DNA of 64,000 bases, from the NCBI GenBank assembly GCA_046290465.1, contig JBKAGP010000001.1, positions 3,904,001 to 3,968,000 on the forward strand, given 5' to 3'. A program made the translations under genes and the position numbers. Shown in pieces: positions 39,667-49,092 of the stretch (within the stretch, counting starts at the first letter, position 1; every line of letters starts with the position of its first letter). The stretch is from Planctomycetota bacterium (GTDB lineage Bacteria; Planctomycetota; UBA1135; UBA2386). The notes beneath the pieces are model-generated. The model was not told where the DNA came from and ran no database searches. It saw only the letters and a list, made by a program, of their open reading frames with translations.

Positions 39667-41187
39667 TCAGTTCTCGGCGGTGATCGTGACCTCGGGCAAC
39701 TGCTCGCGCAGCCAGCTCAGCGAACCGACGCTCGACCAGCGCAGGTGTAGTTCGCGCAGTGAACGGGCCGCCTGCAGCGGCGCGACCCCGAAGCGACCGC
39801 ACGAGACCAGCTGCAGCCGGACCAGGTCGGGCGCGGCGGCGGCTGCCGCGACGTCGGCCGCCACCGGGTAGGTCAGCTCGACGCGCTGCACGCCGTGCGC
39901 CTCCGCCAGCGCCTCGCGCACCTCGTCGGCCATCGGATACTCGTAGCGCCATTCGACGAACGCGCCGCTCCGCAGCAGCGACGCCACCTCGCGCTGCACC
40001 TGCGCCTGCTGTGGCATGCCCGCCTCGCGCGCCTCCTCCTCGGTCGGCACCGCCTGGGTCGGATGCGAGAACGCGCGCAACCGGATCGCGCGGCCGAGGT
40101 GCAGTCGGCGCAGCGACGGCATCTCACCGATGGCACGGTAGACGTCGGCGCCGGCGTCGGGCGCCATCGTCAACTTCAGCCCGGTCAGCTGCCTGGGCAG
40201 CGCGCGGATCGCCGCCGCCGAGACCGCGACGCTCTCGAGGCGCAGCTCGTCGAGCAGCGGCAGGTCCGCCAAGGCCCGCGCGACCGGCTCGGTCAGCCCG
40301 ACCGAGTCGTCGGCGAACCCGATGCCCAGCTCGGCGGCAGCCGGCTGGCGGCCCAGCCCGGCGAGCCGCAACCGCCGCAGCTGGTGGCAACCGCGCAGCT
40401 CCCGCAACACCGCCTCGGTGCAGCCGCATAGCTGGGCGAGCCCGAGCGACTGCAGCGACGGCATCGACGCCACCATGCGCAGCGTGGCCACGTCGAGCGT
40501 GACCGTTGGTTCGATCGCGACCAGCTCGAGCCCGACCAGCCCGCGCAGCCGACGCAGCACGTCGAGGTCGGCCGCGACGAGGTCGCGCCGCAGCGTCAGC
40601 GTCAGGAAGCGCAACCGCGGCAGCCTGGTCAGCGTGCGCAGCCGCTCCGCGTCGAGCGCAGCAGGAACCTGCAGGTGCAGGTTCTCGAGCGCCGGCAGTT
40701 CGGCCAGCGGCTCGAGGCAGTCGCGAGCCAGGTCGTCGTGGGTCGCACGCACCGTGCTCGGGATCTGCAGCCACAGGTAGCGCAGGCGCTCGCACGCCAG
40801 CAGCCGTTCGAGCCCGCTGCTGGCCGGGTGCCAGCTGAAGATCATGCTCGAAGCCGTGGCCGGCACGCGGCTGTCGGGCCCCATCACCGCGACGATCGGC
40901 AGCGGCTGCGGTGGATCGAGGCGCACCGGTTCCTGCGGACCGGCCTCGCGGTCGGCAGCGCGCATCTGCACGACCGCGACCGTCACGAACAGGCCGAGCA
41001 GCACCACCGCGGCCTCGACCCAGCGCCGCCGCGGGCGCGGTGCCGGCGACGAGGCGGCCGCCGTTTCGCCCTCCGCGTCGTCGACCGCAAACCGGTCGAT
41101 CGGCACATCCATCGCCTGCGCCAGTTCGGCATCGAACAGCCGCCGCCTGGCCGGCCCGCTGGGATCCGTGTGCTCCGCTTCGTTCAT
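39667..41187 (-). CDS. Putative anti-sigma factor, single TM with extracytoplasmic leucine-rich repeats
   Basis: Overlaps ECF stop (ATGA); one TM; LxxLxxLxL repeats. Confidence 0.75.
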   Translation of the reverse strand: MNEAEHTDPSGPARRRLFDAELAQAMDVPIDRFAVDDAEGETAAASSPAPRPRRRWVEAAVVLLGLFVTVAVVQMRAADREAGPQEPVRLDPPQPLPIVAVMGPDSRVPATASSMIFSWHPASSGLERLLACERLRYLWLQIPSTVRATHDDLARDCLEPLAELPALENLHLQVPAALDAERLRTLTRLPRLRFLTLTLRRDLVAADLDVLRRLRGLVGLELVAIEPTVTLDVATLRMVASMPSLQSLGLAQLCGCTEAVLRELRGCHQLRRLRLAGLGRQPAAAELGIGFADDSVGLTEPVARALADLPLLDELRLESVAVSAAAIRALPRQLTGLKLTMAPDAGADVYRAIGEMPSLRRLHLGRAIRLRAFSHPTQAVPTEEEAREAGMPQQAQVQREVASLLRSGAFVEWRYEYPMADEVREALAEAHGVQRVELTYPVAADVAAAAAAPDLVRLQLVSCGRFGVAPLQAARSLRELHLRWSSVGSLSWLREQLPEVTITAEN

Positions 41188-41711
41188 CGTTCCGTCCTCC
41201 TGACGCCGAGCCGCACCTCGACGCATCGCTTGAGTCCTTCGCGCAGCCGGCGCAGCGCCGACTTGACGCCTTCGGCCCGCAGGCCGAGTTCGCGCGCGAG
41301 CGTCGCCCGGTCGGCGCCGTCCCGATAGCGCCGATCGAGCAGCCGCCGGCTCGCCGCCGGCAGCGCCCGCACGCAGTCGCGCAGCGCCACCACCCGTGCC
41401 TCGGTCTCGGCCCCGACCTGCTCGTGCCAGACGCGGTCGCCGAGTTCGATCTCACGCCGGCCGGCTGCGTCGCTGCGGGCGCGCAAGGCCAGGTTGCGCG
41501 CGATGCCGCGCAAGAACGCGCCGCACCGGTCGGGCGTCACCGAGCCCTCGAACTGCTGCAGCGCGACGACCATGGCGTCCTGCACCAGGTCCTCGACCCG
41601 GTCTGCGCGCACCCCGAGCACGTAGACGTAGCGCCGCAGCATCGCAGTGTGCTGCGCCAGCGCCGCGCCGGCGTCGGGGATGCCACGGCCATGGGGGCTC
41701 ACGACATCCAT
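41184..41711 (-). CDS. ECF sigma-70 factor
   Basis: EDLVQD, FLRGIARN region 2; region 4 LARELGLRAEGVKSALRRLR. Confidence 0.92.
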   Translation of the reverse strand: MDVVSPHGRGIPDAGAALAQHTAMLRRYVYVLGVRADRVEDLVQDAMVVALQQFEGSVTPDRCGAFLRGIARNLALRARSDAAGRREIELGDRVWHEQVGAETEARVVALRDCVRALPAASRRLLDRRYRDGADRATLARELGLRAEGVKSALRRLREGLKRCVEVRLGVRRTER

Positions 41712-41804
41712 CGTCCCGAGGTTCTGCCGGGCGCGCCGTTCGGGGTCGCAAAATCTCGCGTTCGCGCCGCGCGCGCTGCCGGACGCCTCGGTCCGTCGTC
41801 GTCG

Positions 41805-42743
41805 CTACGCTGCGCCGCCCTCGAACGACGCCCCGTGCTGTGCCGCGACCAGGCTGAACGTGCTGCGACCCGTTCCGAGCTGCAGCACGGCGAGGCCGCC
41901 GCCGGCGACCTTGACCCCGCGCACCAGACAGAACGCCCAGCCGGCGCGGATCGCCGACCCGAACCAGTCGGCCCAGACCTCGGCCCTGGCGACGACGACG
42001 GCCTGCCGCACGGTCCCGTTGGCGAAGAGCCGTTCGAGCTGCGGCACCACCTTGGCCGGATCGTGGCAGGCGCCGAGGAACACGTCGCCCTCGAGGTCGG
42101 CCGGCTGCAGCGAGCGATGGCCGGCGACGTGGCGGCGACCGGGCAGGCGCGGCTCCCCAACCACGACGTCCGGCACCAGGATCCTGCCGATCGCGGCCAG
42201 CAGCGGATCGGGCAGCGCGAGGTCGTTGGCGCGGCCGTTCGGCTGCTGAGGGTACGAACGGACCGCGCGCTCGTGGCTGGCCGCAAACCGCCGCGCACCG
42301 TTGCTCGACGGCACCTTCTTCTGCGAACGGGTGTATTCGACGTAGCTGCGGAACACGTCGTCGGGCACGCCAGCCAGGTCGCGATACCGTTTCGCATTTT
42401 GCTTGGTCACCCCGTGGGGCAGACCGTTGGACGCGCCGCCGCGCTTCGAAGTCACCGTGGGAGACTTCGATCCCCGCCCGCCGCGGGAGACCGTGCGCGC
42501 CAGCTCATCGCCGAGCGCCCGCTCGACCTCCAGACGGTGCACGGCAAGCCGAACGGCCTCGTCGAACGCGACATCGCACTGCCGGGCGACGGATTGCCAT
42601 GCAGAGACGAGGCGGCGAAGGTCCTCGAGACCGTCCGCGCCCTTGGCGCTGGCCAGCATGGCGCGGAAATCCTGCTCGGCCGGAAACCGGTGCACGGTCC
42701 CGCCGGGCTGGTGAACCTCGATCCTTCTCTGCTGCGTTACCAC
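41805..42743 (-). CDS. Phage Dam-like N6-adenine methyltransferase homolog, apparently inactive
   Basis: N-terminal ERALGDEL..GG..GVTK..RYRDLA.VP module; C-terminal G.VFL..AVVV....WF..FC..RG layout without NPPY. Confidence 0.55.
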   Translation of the reverse strand: MVTQQRRIEVHQPGGTVHRFPAEQDFRAMLASAKGADGLEDLRRLVSAWQSVARQCDVAFDEAVRLAVHRLEVERALGDELARTVSRGGRGSKSPTVTSKRGGASNGLPHGVTKQNAKRYRDLAGVPDDVFRSYVEYTRSQKKVPSSNGARRFAASHERAVRSYPQQPNGRANDLALPDPLLAAIGRILVPDVVVGEPRLPGRRHVAGHRSLQPADLEGDVFLGACHDPAKVVPQLERLFANGTVRQAVVVARAEVWADWFGSAIRAGWAFCLVRGVKVAGGGLAVLQLGTGRSTFSLVAAQHGASFEGGAA

Positions 42744-42864
42744 GTGGCGACCTCGAGGCGCCTCGAGGGTGAGGCGCCACCGGTACCAACCACAGCAACG
42801 GCACCTTCCTTATCCGCGATACATGTACGAGACATGTGCCGCGGCGAGGATCGGGGATCGCCGG

Positions 42865-43191
42865 CTACGCGAGCGCTTCGCTCAGGATCTTCTGGATGCG
42901 CTCCAGGGCCGTTCGCATGCGAGCGCGCTCGACCTCTGCGTTCTTGACGGCGGCGACGATCGCCTCGAGGCCGTCACCCTGGACCGCTGCCTTGCTCACG
43001 CGAACGGCCGCGGGCTTCTTGCTCGCCACGCCGCTCATCTTCGAACGGACGTTGTAGACGAGCCCGGGCGTGCACTTGAGCTGCTTGGCGATGTCCATCG
43101 GCTTCTTGCCGGCCTTGATCATCTCCCGGATCTTGCCGGACTTCGAGTCCGCGCTGGGCTTGCGTCCTCGCTTCGATTTCGTGGTTGCCAT
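42865..43191 (-). CDS. Small Lys-rich HTH DNA-binding protein with C-terminal coiled coil
   Basis: SKSGKIREMI..PMDIAKQLKCTPGLVYNVRSK. Confidence 0.8.
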   Translation of the reverse strand: MATTKSKRGRKPSADSKSGKIREMIKAGKKPMDIAKQLKCTPGLVYNVRSKMSGVASKKPAAVRVSKAAVQGDGLEAIVAAVKNAEVERARMRTALERIQKILSEALA

Positions 43192-43708
43192 GCCGCAATA
43201 GTCTCCGGTTTTCGGCTATGAACCAACCCCGGTGTACGGGAATCGGAGAGTTTGAGGGTGTTGGGCAGCCGAGTGTGTTGGCGGTCCGGCGGACGGACCT
43301 GACACGTCTCGGGGCGGCCAACCGGTCCCGCGGCCTGCCGTGGGGCCGCCTCGAGCACGCCCCGTCCAGGACCCGCCCGGGCGATCTGCGACTTCCTACG
43401 TAGATGCGGTGCCCTGGGCGGTCGACCGGAGTTCTGCCATGCCCTGGCAGGACGATGAGGTCCCGATTTCGAAGTCGCTCGCTGCGACTTCGATCGCCGG
43501 ACACGGTGGCGACCCGCCGAGCGACACCGGCACCGGGTCATAGGCAAGCATGCGCCGTCACCATTTCTCTGGCACACCCATCTGGACGAGCCAGAGGCAA
43601 ACAGCCGCGCGCATACCGAACTGGGTCGGAAGTGCGTCGCTTCCGCGAGGCACGCCCAGAAGACGCTCGTTCCCCGACCCGGCGCGCTCGGGACCGCTGA
43701 CTCAAGGC

Positions 43709-44107
43709 CTAGTCGAGCGCATCCCCAACCGTCTCGACCAGGTCCCTCGCCGACGACACGATCGCGCCCGGATTCTGCGACGCGATCGCGCCGCCGAGGA
43801 CCACCAGCGCCGTCGCGACCTTGACCACGTCCCGGACCGCCTCGATGCGCCGGATCGCGCGGCGGGCGCGCTTGGTCGCGCGCACGATCGCTGCAAAGTC
43901 CCGTTCGGTGTCGTCGAGGGTGATGCCGACGGCCGTGTCGATGAAGTCGCTCGAGTAGTTGAGCAGCGTCCACTCGACGCTCTCGATCTGGCGGCGCCGC
44001 GCGGCCGTCATGTCGCCCCAGTTGTCGAACCGGTAGTTGCCCAGTTGGACCGACAGTTCGCGGAATTGCTGGGCGAGCTCCCTCGCCTGTTCGCTGGTGA
44101 TGCTCAT
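43709..44107 (-). CDS. Small helical hypothetical protein with hydrophobic C-terminal hairpin
   Basis: GAGGAG RBS; 11 bp downstream of the lipoprotein gene. Confidence 0.8.
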   Translation of the reverse strand: MSITSEQARELAQQFRELSVQLGNYRFDNWGDMTAARRRQIESVEWTLLNYSSDFIDTAVGITLDDTERDFAAIVRATKRARRAIRRIEAVRDVVKVATALVVLGGAIASQNPGAIVSSARDLVETVGDALD

Positions 44108-44118
44108 CGTCTATCTCC

Positions 44119-45006
44119 TCAGTTGGCCAGGATGCGGATCTGCTTGTAGAGCGTCTGCAGGTCCTTGGAATGCGCGCGGATCACCGCGATCGCCTTGTCC
44201 GTCGTCAGCGCCTCGCGGTGCTCCACCAGGCCACGGTGGCCCGAAGCGATCTTGCGCAGAACGTCGAGGTAGCGGTCCAGCTGCTCCTGCATGCGCGTGA
44301 TCGCAAGCACGCGCTCGGCCATCAGCACACGACTGATCGGCGGCGCGCCGTCCGGATCGCCGTTGGCTTTGGCGCTCGCGGCCCAGGCCCCGAAGCGCTT
44401 CTCGATCGCCACCCGTTCGTTCTGCAGCGAACCGCGCAGGTCCTTGTCGAGGACCTCGAGCATGCCGGTGAGCGCGACCTGCAGGTGCGGGTCGACCTCG
44501 CGCACGATCTTGCAGACCTGACCCTGGCGCCAGCCGTTGAGCGCGGCACGCGCCAGCACCTTGGCGATCGCCGCCGCGGCCGACGCGGTCTCCTTGGAGA
44601 TCCGGCTGTCCGCCTCACCGATGACCTTCGCGTCCTCGAGGGCCTTGGTCAGGCCGTCGATCTCGCTGTCGACGCTGGTCAGCTCGTCCGCCGCCAGATC
44701 CCCGAGCGCGCTCATGTAGTCGACGACGACCTTCTGGCAGTCGAGCAGCCGCTTCGCCCGTTCCTTGCGGGTCTCGGCGATCGCGCGCAGGTGTTCGGTG
44801 GCCTCGTCGAGCTGGTAGACCAGCTGCCGCTGCGGGGACAGCTGGTAGTCGGTGACGATCTGCGCGAAGTCCGCGGTCGCCGCCGACGTCTTGGCGAACT
44901 CGCGCACCGCCGCGAGGTTGGAGCACGCCGCGAAGGCGAGCAGCAGGACGACGCCGGCCAGGTGCCGACAGCGGAGGGAGAACGGGTTGGCGGGCGGGGA
45001 GTTCAT
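44119..45006 (-). CDS. Alpha-helical lipoprotein
   Basis: Lipobox FAA-C after a hydrophobic stretch. Confidence 0.8.
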   Translation of the reverse strand: MNSPPANPFSLRCRHLAGVVLLLAFAACSNLAAVREFAKTSAATADFAQIVTDYQLSPQRQLVYQLDEATEHLRAIAETRKERAKRLLDCQKVVVDYMSALGDLAADELTSVDSEIDGLTKALEDAKVIGEADSRISKETASAAAAIAKVLARAALNGWRQGQVCKIVREVDPHLQVALTGMLEVLDKDLRGSLQNERVAIEKRFGAWAASAKANGDPDGAPPISRVLMAERVLAITRMQEQLDRYLDVLRKIASGHRGLVEHREALTTDKAIAVIRAHSKDLQTLYKQIRILAN

Positions 45007-45125
45007 CGTGGTGGCTGCTTCGGGTGGGACAAGCCGACCGGGAGGCCGGCAAACGGAGAACGGGATCCGGGCGCGCGTCACGTCATGTATGTCAGGGAAA
45101 TTGCGCACAGGTCGAGCGGGATTCC

Positions 45126-46241
45126 GTGTCCGACCCGAGGCCGAACATACGTTTGCTGCAGCTGACGCCGCGGCCCTGCACGACATCTCTCGCCGCCGGA
45201 CCGGCGCGGCGACCGGGACCCCACGTGCCAGACACACCGAAGAGAAGTTCGTTCGCCGAATGGTTGCAGCGCATCCGCGAGCGGGCCTCGCGCGGCTCCA
45301 CCTCGACCTACGGCGGGCTCGGCATCTCGATGCTGATCGCCTCGCTGTGCATCGTGCCGACGCTGACGGCCTACGAGGTGCTGGACCACTGGCTCGCAGC
45401 CACCCTGGTCGTGCTGTTCCTGCTGGTCAGCGCGCCGCTGCTGCACGCTGCGTTCAAGCGACTGGCGCTGCAGCCTCCGGCGCGGCAGTACGAGGTCTGC
45501 GCCGCCGGTCTCGGCATGTGGTGTGCGATGCTCGCGATCGCCGCCGGTCTGATCGTGATCGCGGAGATCCGCGGCGGCGACCTGCCGCACGTCGCCAGCG
45601 AGGCGCCGACGCCGCACGAACAGGTGCTCGACTTCGTGGCCAGGTGGACCGGGGTCGTGCCCGATCGCGCCGCCAAGACGGCCACACTGGTGCAGGTATC
45701 GGGCATCGTCGCGGCGCTCGGGGCGTGCCTGTTCTGCCTGCGTCGCATCCAGAGGTTCCGGCCGCCGACGCAGGGGGAGCCGGCGTCGCCCGCGAGTCGG
45801 ACCCGGCAGGTATCGGGCGAGACCTTCAACGTACGGATCTTCTGGAACGGCCTGTTGTTCCGCGTCGCGCAGGCCCTGATCTACACGCTGGTCGCCTTCC
45901 TGTGGATCTGGGGCAGCGCCCAGAAGCTCGAGAACGGCGACGTCACCCGCCATCCGCCGTACGATCACTATTGGTACGTGCCGATCCTCGCGCTGATGAT
46001 CGGCCTGTTCGTCACGACGTTCGAATCGATCGTCGCAGGGGCTGCAGAGCGCATGGCCGGCGCGGCGCGCGCCCTGGTCGGACCGACCGGCGGTGGCGAC
46101 GGTCGCGGCCAGAGCGGTCGGCAGAGGTCGACGATGCCGCCGAACCGGCCGTCAGCCGGGGGACATACGCGTCGCCCGCCGCGGCCGCGGCGGCCGCCGA
46201 CGAGGCGGCCACCTCCGACGGACGACGGTTCGGACGTCTGA
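45126..46241 (+). CDS. Multi-TM membrane protein
   Basis: About 6 hydrophobic segments; GTG start is a guess. Confidence 0.65.
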   Translation: MSDPRPNIRLLQLTPRPCTTSLAAGPARRPGPHVPDTPKRSSFAEWLQRIRERASRGSTSTYGGLGISMLIASLCIVPTLTAYEVLDHWLAATLVVLFLLVSAPLLHAAFKRLALQPPARQYEVCAAGLGMWCAMLAIAAGLIVIAEIRGGDLPHVASEAPTPHEQVLDFVARWTGVVPDRAAKTATLVQVSGIVAALGACLFCLRRIQRFRPPTQGEPASPASRTRQVSGETFNVRIFWNGLLFRVAQALIYTLVAFLWIWGSAQKLENGDVTRHPPYDHYWYVPILALMIGLFVTTFESIVAGAAERMAGAARALVGPTGGGDGRGQSGRQRSTMPPNRPSAGGHTRRPPRPRRPPTRRPPPTDDGSDV

Positions 46242-46378
46242 CGCAAAGCCCGGGCGCGGCTGCGTCGCGCGGATTCTGCGGCATCGACTTCCGGTCGAGG
46301 CGCCGGGGAACGCCAGGAACGGGCGGGCCGTCCCGTCGGGGCGGCCGTCCCCCTTGCTTCCACGACCGGAGCTCCCTG

Positions 46379-49003
46379 ATGACGACCACCGACAGACCGC
46401 GACACGCACGATGCGTTCGCTCCTCGCTACGATTCCACAGCGCGACCCTCGCGACGTTGCTCAGCGCCACCACCTTGTGCAGCGTCGCCGCTGCGCAGGC
46501 CCCGGCCGCGACGGCCCTCACCAGCACGCGCACGGTGAACTTCTCCAACCGCACGGCGCTGACCCGCAGCGGTGAGTACGGCGTCGTGACGATCCCGTTC
46601 AACGAAGGCGAGTACTTCGGTGCGCAGGACCTCGTCGCCAACGGCGCCATCCTGACGACGCGGCCCTTCGGTCGCCATTACAGCGACGGTAGCTATCGGT
46701 TCGCCGAGGCGATCGTGCCGGTGGACGTGCCGGCCGCGGTCGGTGCCGCACCGGGCACCGTCAGCTACACGCTGTCCACGACGACCGACTTCGGCCCGGC
46801 GCCCAACTTCAACTTCGGGCCCAACACGACCAAGCTCGGGACGCTGTCGGCGCCGCTCAGTTCGCTGCAGATGCACCTCGACATCAACGGCACGCAATTC
46901 ACCTGCGACCTGCAGCAACCGGCAGGCAGCGCCAACGGCCCCGAGTCGATCACCGAGCACGGCCCGCGGCACACGCGTCGCTACATCGGCCGCGCCGGCG
47001 ACTACGTCTACACGCTCTACGTCTATCAGTTCGACGACGAGGACTACATGAACTGGGAGCTGCGTGTGACCAACAGCGGCTACTGGGACGGCGCGCCCGG
47101 CACCAGCGGCGCGACCGGCACGCAGGACTACACCTCGACCGACCACGACATCCTGCTCAGCACGTGGATGAACTGCGACATCGGCATCTACGGTGAGCGC
47201 GGCCACGAAGCGCTCGGCGTCGGCGGCTTCCCCGGCACGGCCTACGCGTCGCAGCAGCGCATGGGGCGCCGTGCATCGCTGAGCAGCACCCAGAGCTCGT
47301 TCGTCTTCGACACCAACTCGATGACGCAGGGCTACGTCCTGTCGACGTCCGGCGACGACTGGGGCGACGGGCAGTCGCAGGTCTGGCGCGGCCAGCTGGT
47401 CGTGCCGGACTGGAACTTCAGCACGTTCTCGGCGACCTACGACGCGGACGAGGCCGGCCACATGGCGCACCCGCTGATCGGCATGTGCCAGGAGTGGCAG
47501 AACACGACCGCGTTCGGGCCGCAGGGCTACATCGCGCCCGGCACGGTCTCGTCGGCGACCGTCGACGCCAAGTTCGCCGGCTTCGCCAGCTGGCTGGACC
47601 TGTCCGCGACCGGCGCGACGGTCGACCTCTGGGACCGCTTCGTGCAGGGCCCGAACCAGAACGACTACATCGGCCTGCTGAAGTTCAACGGCAGCACCGG
47701 CGCGCAACCCGACTTCGGCATCCTCGAGGGCTGGGACGCGTTCGCCTCGGGTGACCCGCGGCTGGCCGAGCAATACGGCTACCTCGGCTACCACTCGACG
47801 CGGCGCAGCGTGCACCGCTACTACGGCCCCGAGACCGCGACCAGCGGTGCGATCGTGCACGCGACCGAGGCCGCGCACCCCGATCCGAACCAGATCGCCC
47901 TCTACGGCTCGGACACGTTCAGCTCGGTCTCGCAGACGTTCTTCTTCAAGAACAAGACGACCACGAGCACGCACGGACGGCTGCCCGACGCCGGCAACCC
48001 GCACGACACCAATGGTTGGAACGGCTGGAAGATCTCGCACATGTCGATCAACCACCTCTACACCGCCTACGTGCTCAACCCGTGGTCGGAGACGCTGGCG
48101 GAGGAACTCGACTTCCACAAGGAGGCGTGGGTGTTCCAGAACCCCGACCCCGACAACAACTACCAGACCTGGCTCAACCACTACGGCGAGGCTCGCTCCG
48201 TCGGTCGCAGCTACTTCGCGATGGCGCAGATCGCCAACGCGCGCGGCCTGCACGACTACTCGCCCAACAGCCTGCTCGAACGACTGAACGCGCGCACCGA
48301 CAATGCGATCCTGCGTCGGTCGACGCCGGGCACGACCAAGTCGGGTGGCCAGTGGCCGGTCAAGCCGCGCATGTGGGGTCCGTTCTTCGGCTCCCAATAC
48401 GTCGCCTCGATCGTCGACGCGAGCACCGGCTCCTACACGCTCTACGAAGAGGACCCGGCCAACCCCGGCCAGACGATCGCGATGCAGAGCCCGGCGACCA
48501 TCGCTCCCTGGGAAGAACAGATGGCGCCGTACGGGCTCTACGCGTGCTACAAGATGACGCTCGAGGACGGCCAGAGCACCAACTACGGCGACAACCACAT
48601 GATCGCGGCAATGGCGCTGGCCGGACCGATGCTGCGCCACTGCACCGTGTGGTCGGCCTCGTCCAATCCGCTGTCGAGCTATGCATACCCTGGCACGACC
48701 GTAAGCGGCCCGCTGCAGAACACGCCGCCCGGAACGCCTGCATACCTGCAGATCGCGTTCCGATACGCCTGGCGCCCCGATGCCAATGGCTACGGCATCG
48801 CGGCGACCGCGAGCGAGGTGCAGAACTACTGGTACATGGCGATGCCCACGTCCAACTTCCCGCTCTGGGTCTCGCCGTCGGTCTACCTGCTCCAGTCGGG
48901 CGCCATCCCGATCTACGGCGGCGCGACGGTCGGCGAGGCGAGCGCCTTCGTCAACTTCGTCTCGGGGACGCAGTACGACCAACGCTGGCGCTGGGGCCAG
49001 TAG
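46379..49003 (+). CDS. Large secreted protein; N-terminus resembles the PcRGLX/YetA-type barrel
   Basis: GGAG RBS, signal AAA|Q, VTIPFNEG...HYSDGSYRFA; aromatic-rich. Confidence 0.75.
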   Translation: MTTTDRPRHARCVRSSLRFHSATLATLLSATTLCSVAAAQAPAATALTSTRTVNFSNRTALTRSGEYGVVTIPFNEGEYFGAQDLVANGAILTTRPFGRHYSDGSYRFAEAIVPVDVPAAVGAAPGTVSYTLSTTTDFGPAPNFNFGPNTTKLGTLSAPLSSLQMHLDINGTQFTCDLQQPAGSANGPESITEHGPRHTRRYIGRAGDYVYTLYVYQFDDEDYMNWELRVTNSGYWDGAPGTSGATGTQDYTSTDHDILLSTWMNCDIGIYGERGHEALGVGGFPGTAYASQQRMGRRASLSSTQSSFVFDTNSMTQGYVLSTSGDDWGDGQSQVWRGQLVVPDWNFSTFSATYDADEAGHMAHPLIGMCQEWQNTTAFGPQGYIAPGTVSSATVDAKFAGFASWLDLSATGATVDLWDRFVQGPNQNDYIGLLKFNGSTGAQPDFGILEGWDAFASGDPRLAEQYGYLGYHSTRRSVHRYYGPETATSGAIVHATEAAHPDPNQIALYGSDTFSSVSQTFFFKNKTTTSTHGRLPDAGNPHDTNGWNGWKISHMSINHLYTAYVLNPWSETLAEELDFHKEAWVFQNPDPDNNYQTWLNHYGEARSVGRSYFAMAQIANARGLHDYSPNSLLERLNARTDNAILRRSTPGTTKSGGQWPVKPRMWGPFFGSQYVASIVDASTGSYTLYEEDPANPGQTIAMQSPATIAPWEEQMAPYGLYACYKMTLEDGQSTNYGDNHMIAAMALAGPMLRHCTVWSASSNPLSSYAYPGTTVSGPLQNTPPGTPAYLQIAFRYAWRPDANGYGIAATASEVQNYWYMAMPTSNFPLWVSPSVYLLQSGAIPIYGGATVGEASAFVNFVSGTQYDQRWRWGQ

Positions 49004-49092
49004 CAGCCGCAGCCCGGCGCGATCGGCGCGCCGGGCACTTCTGCTCGGCTTGTCGGGGCACGGCCCCGAACCTATGCTGCCGCGCGAGAGTC

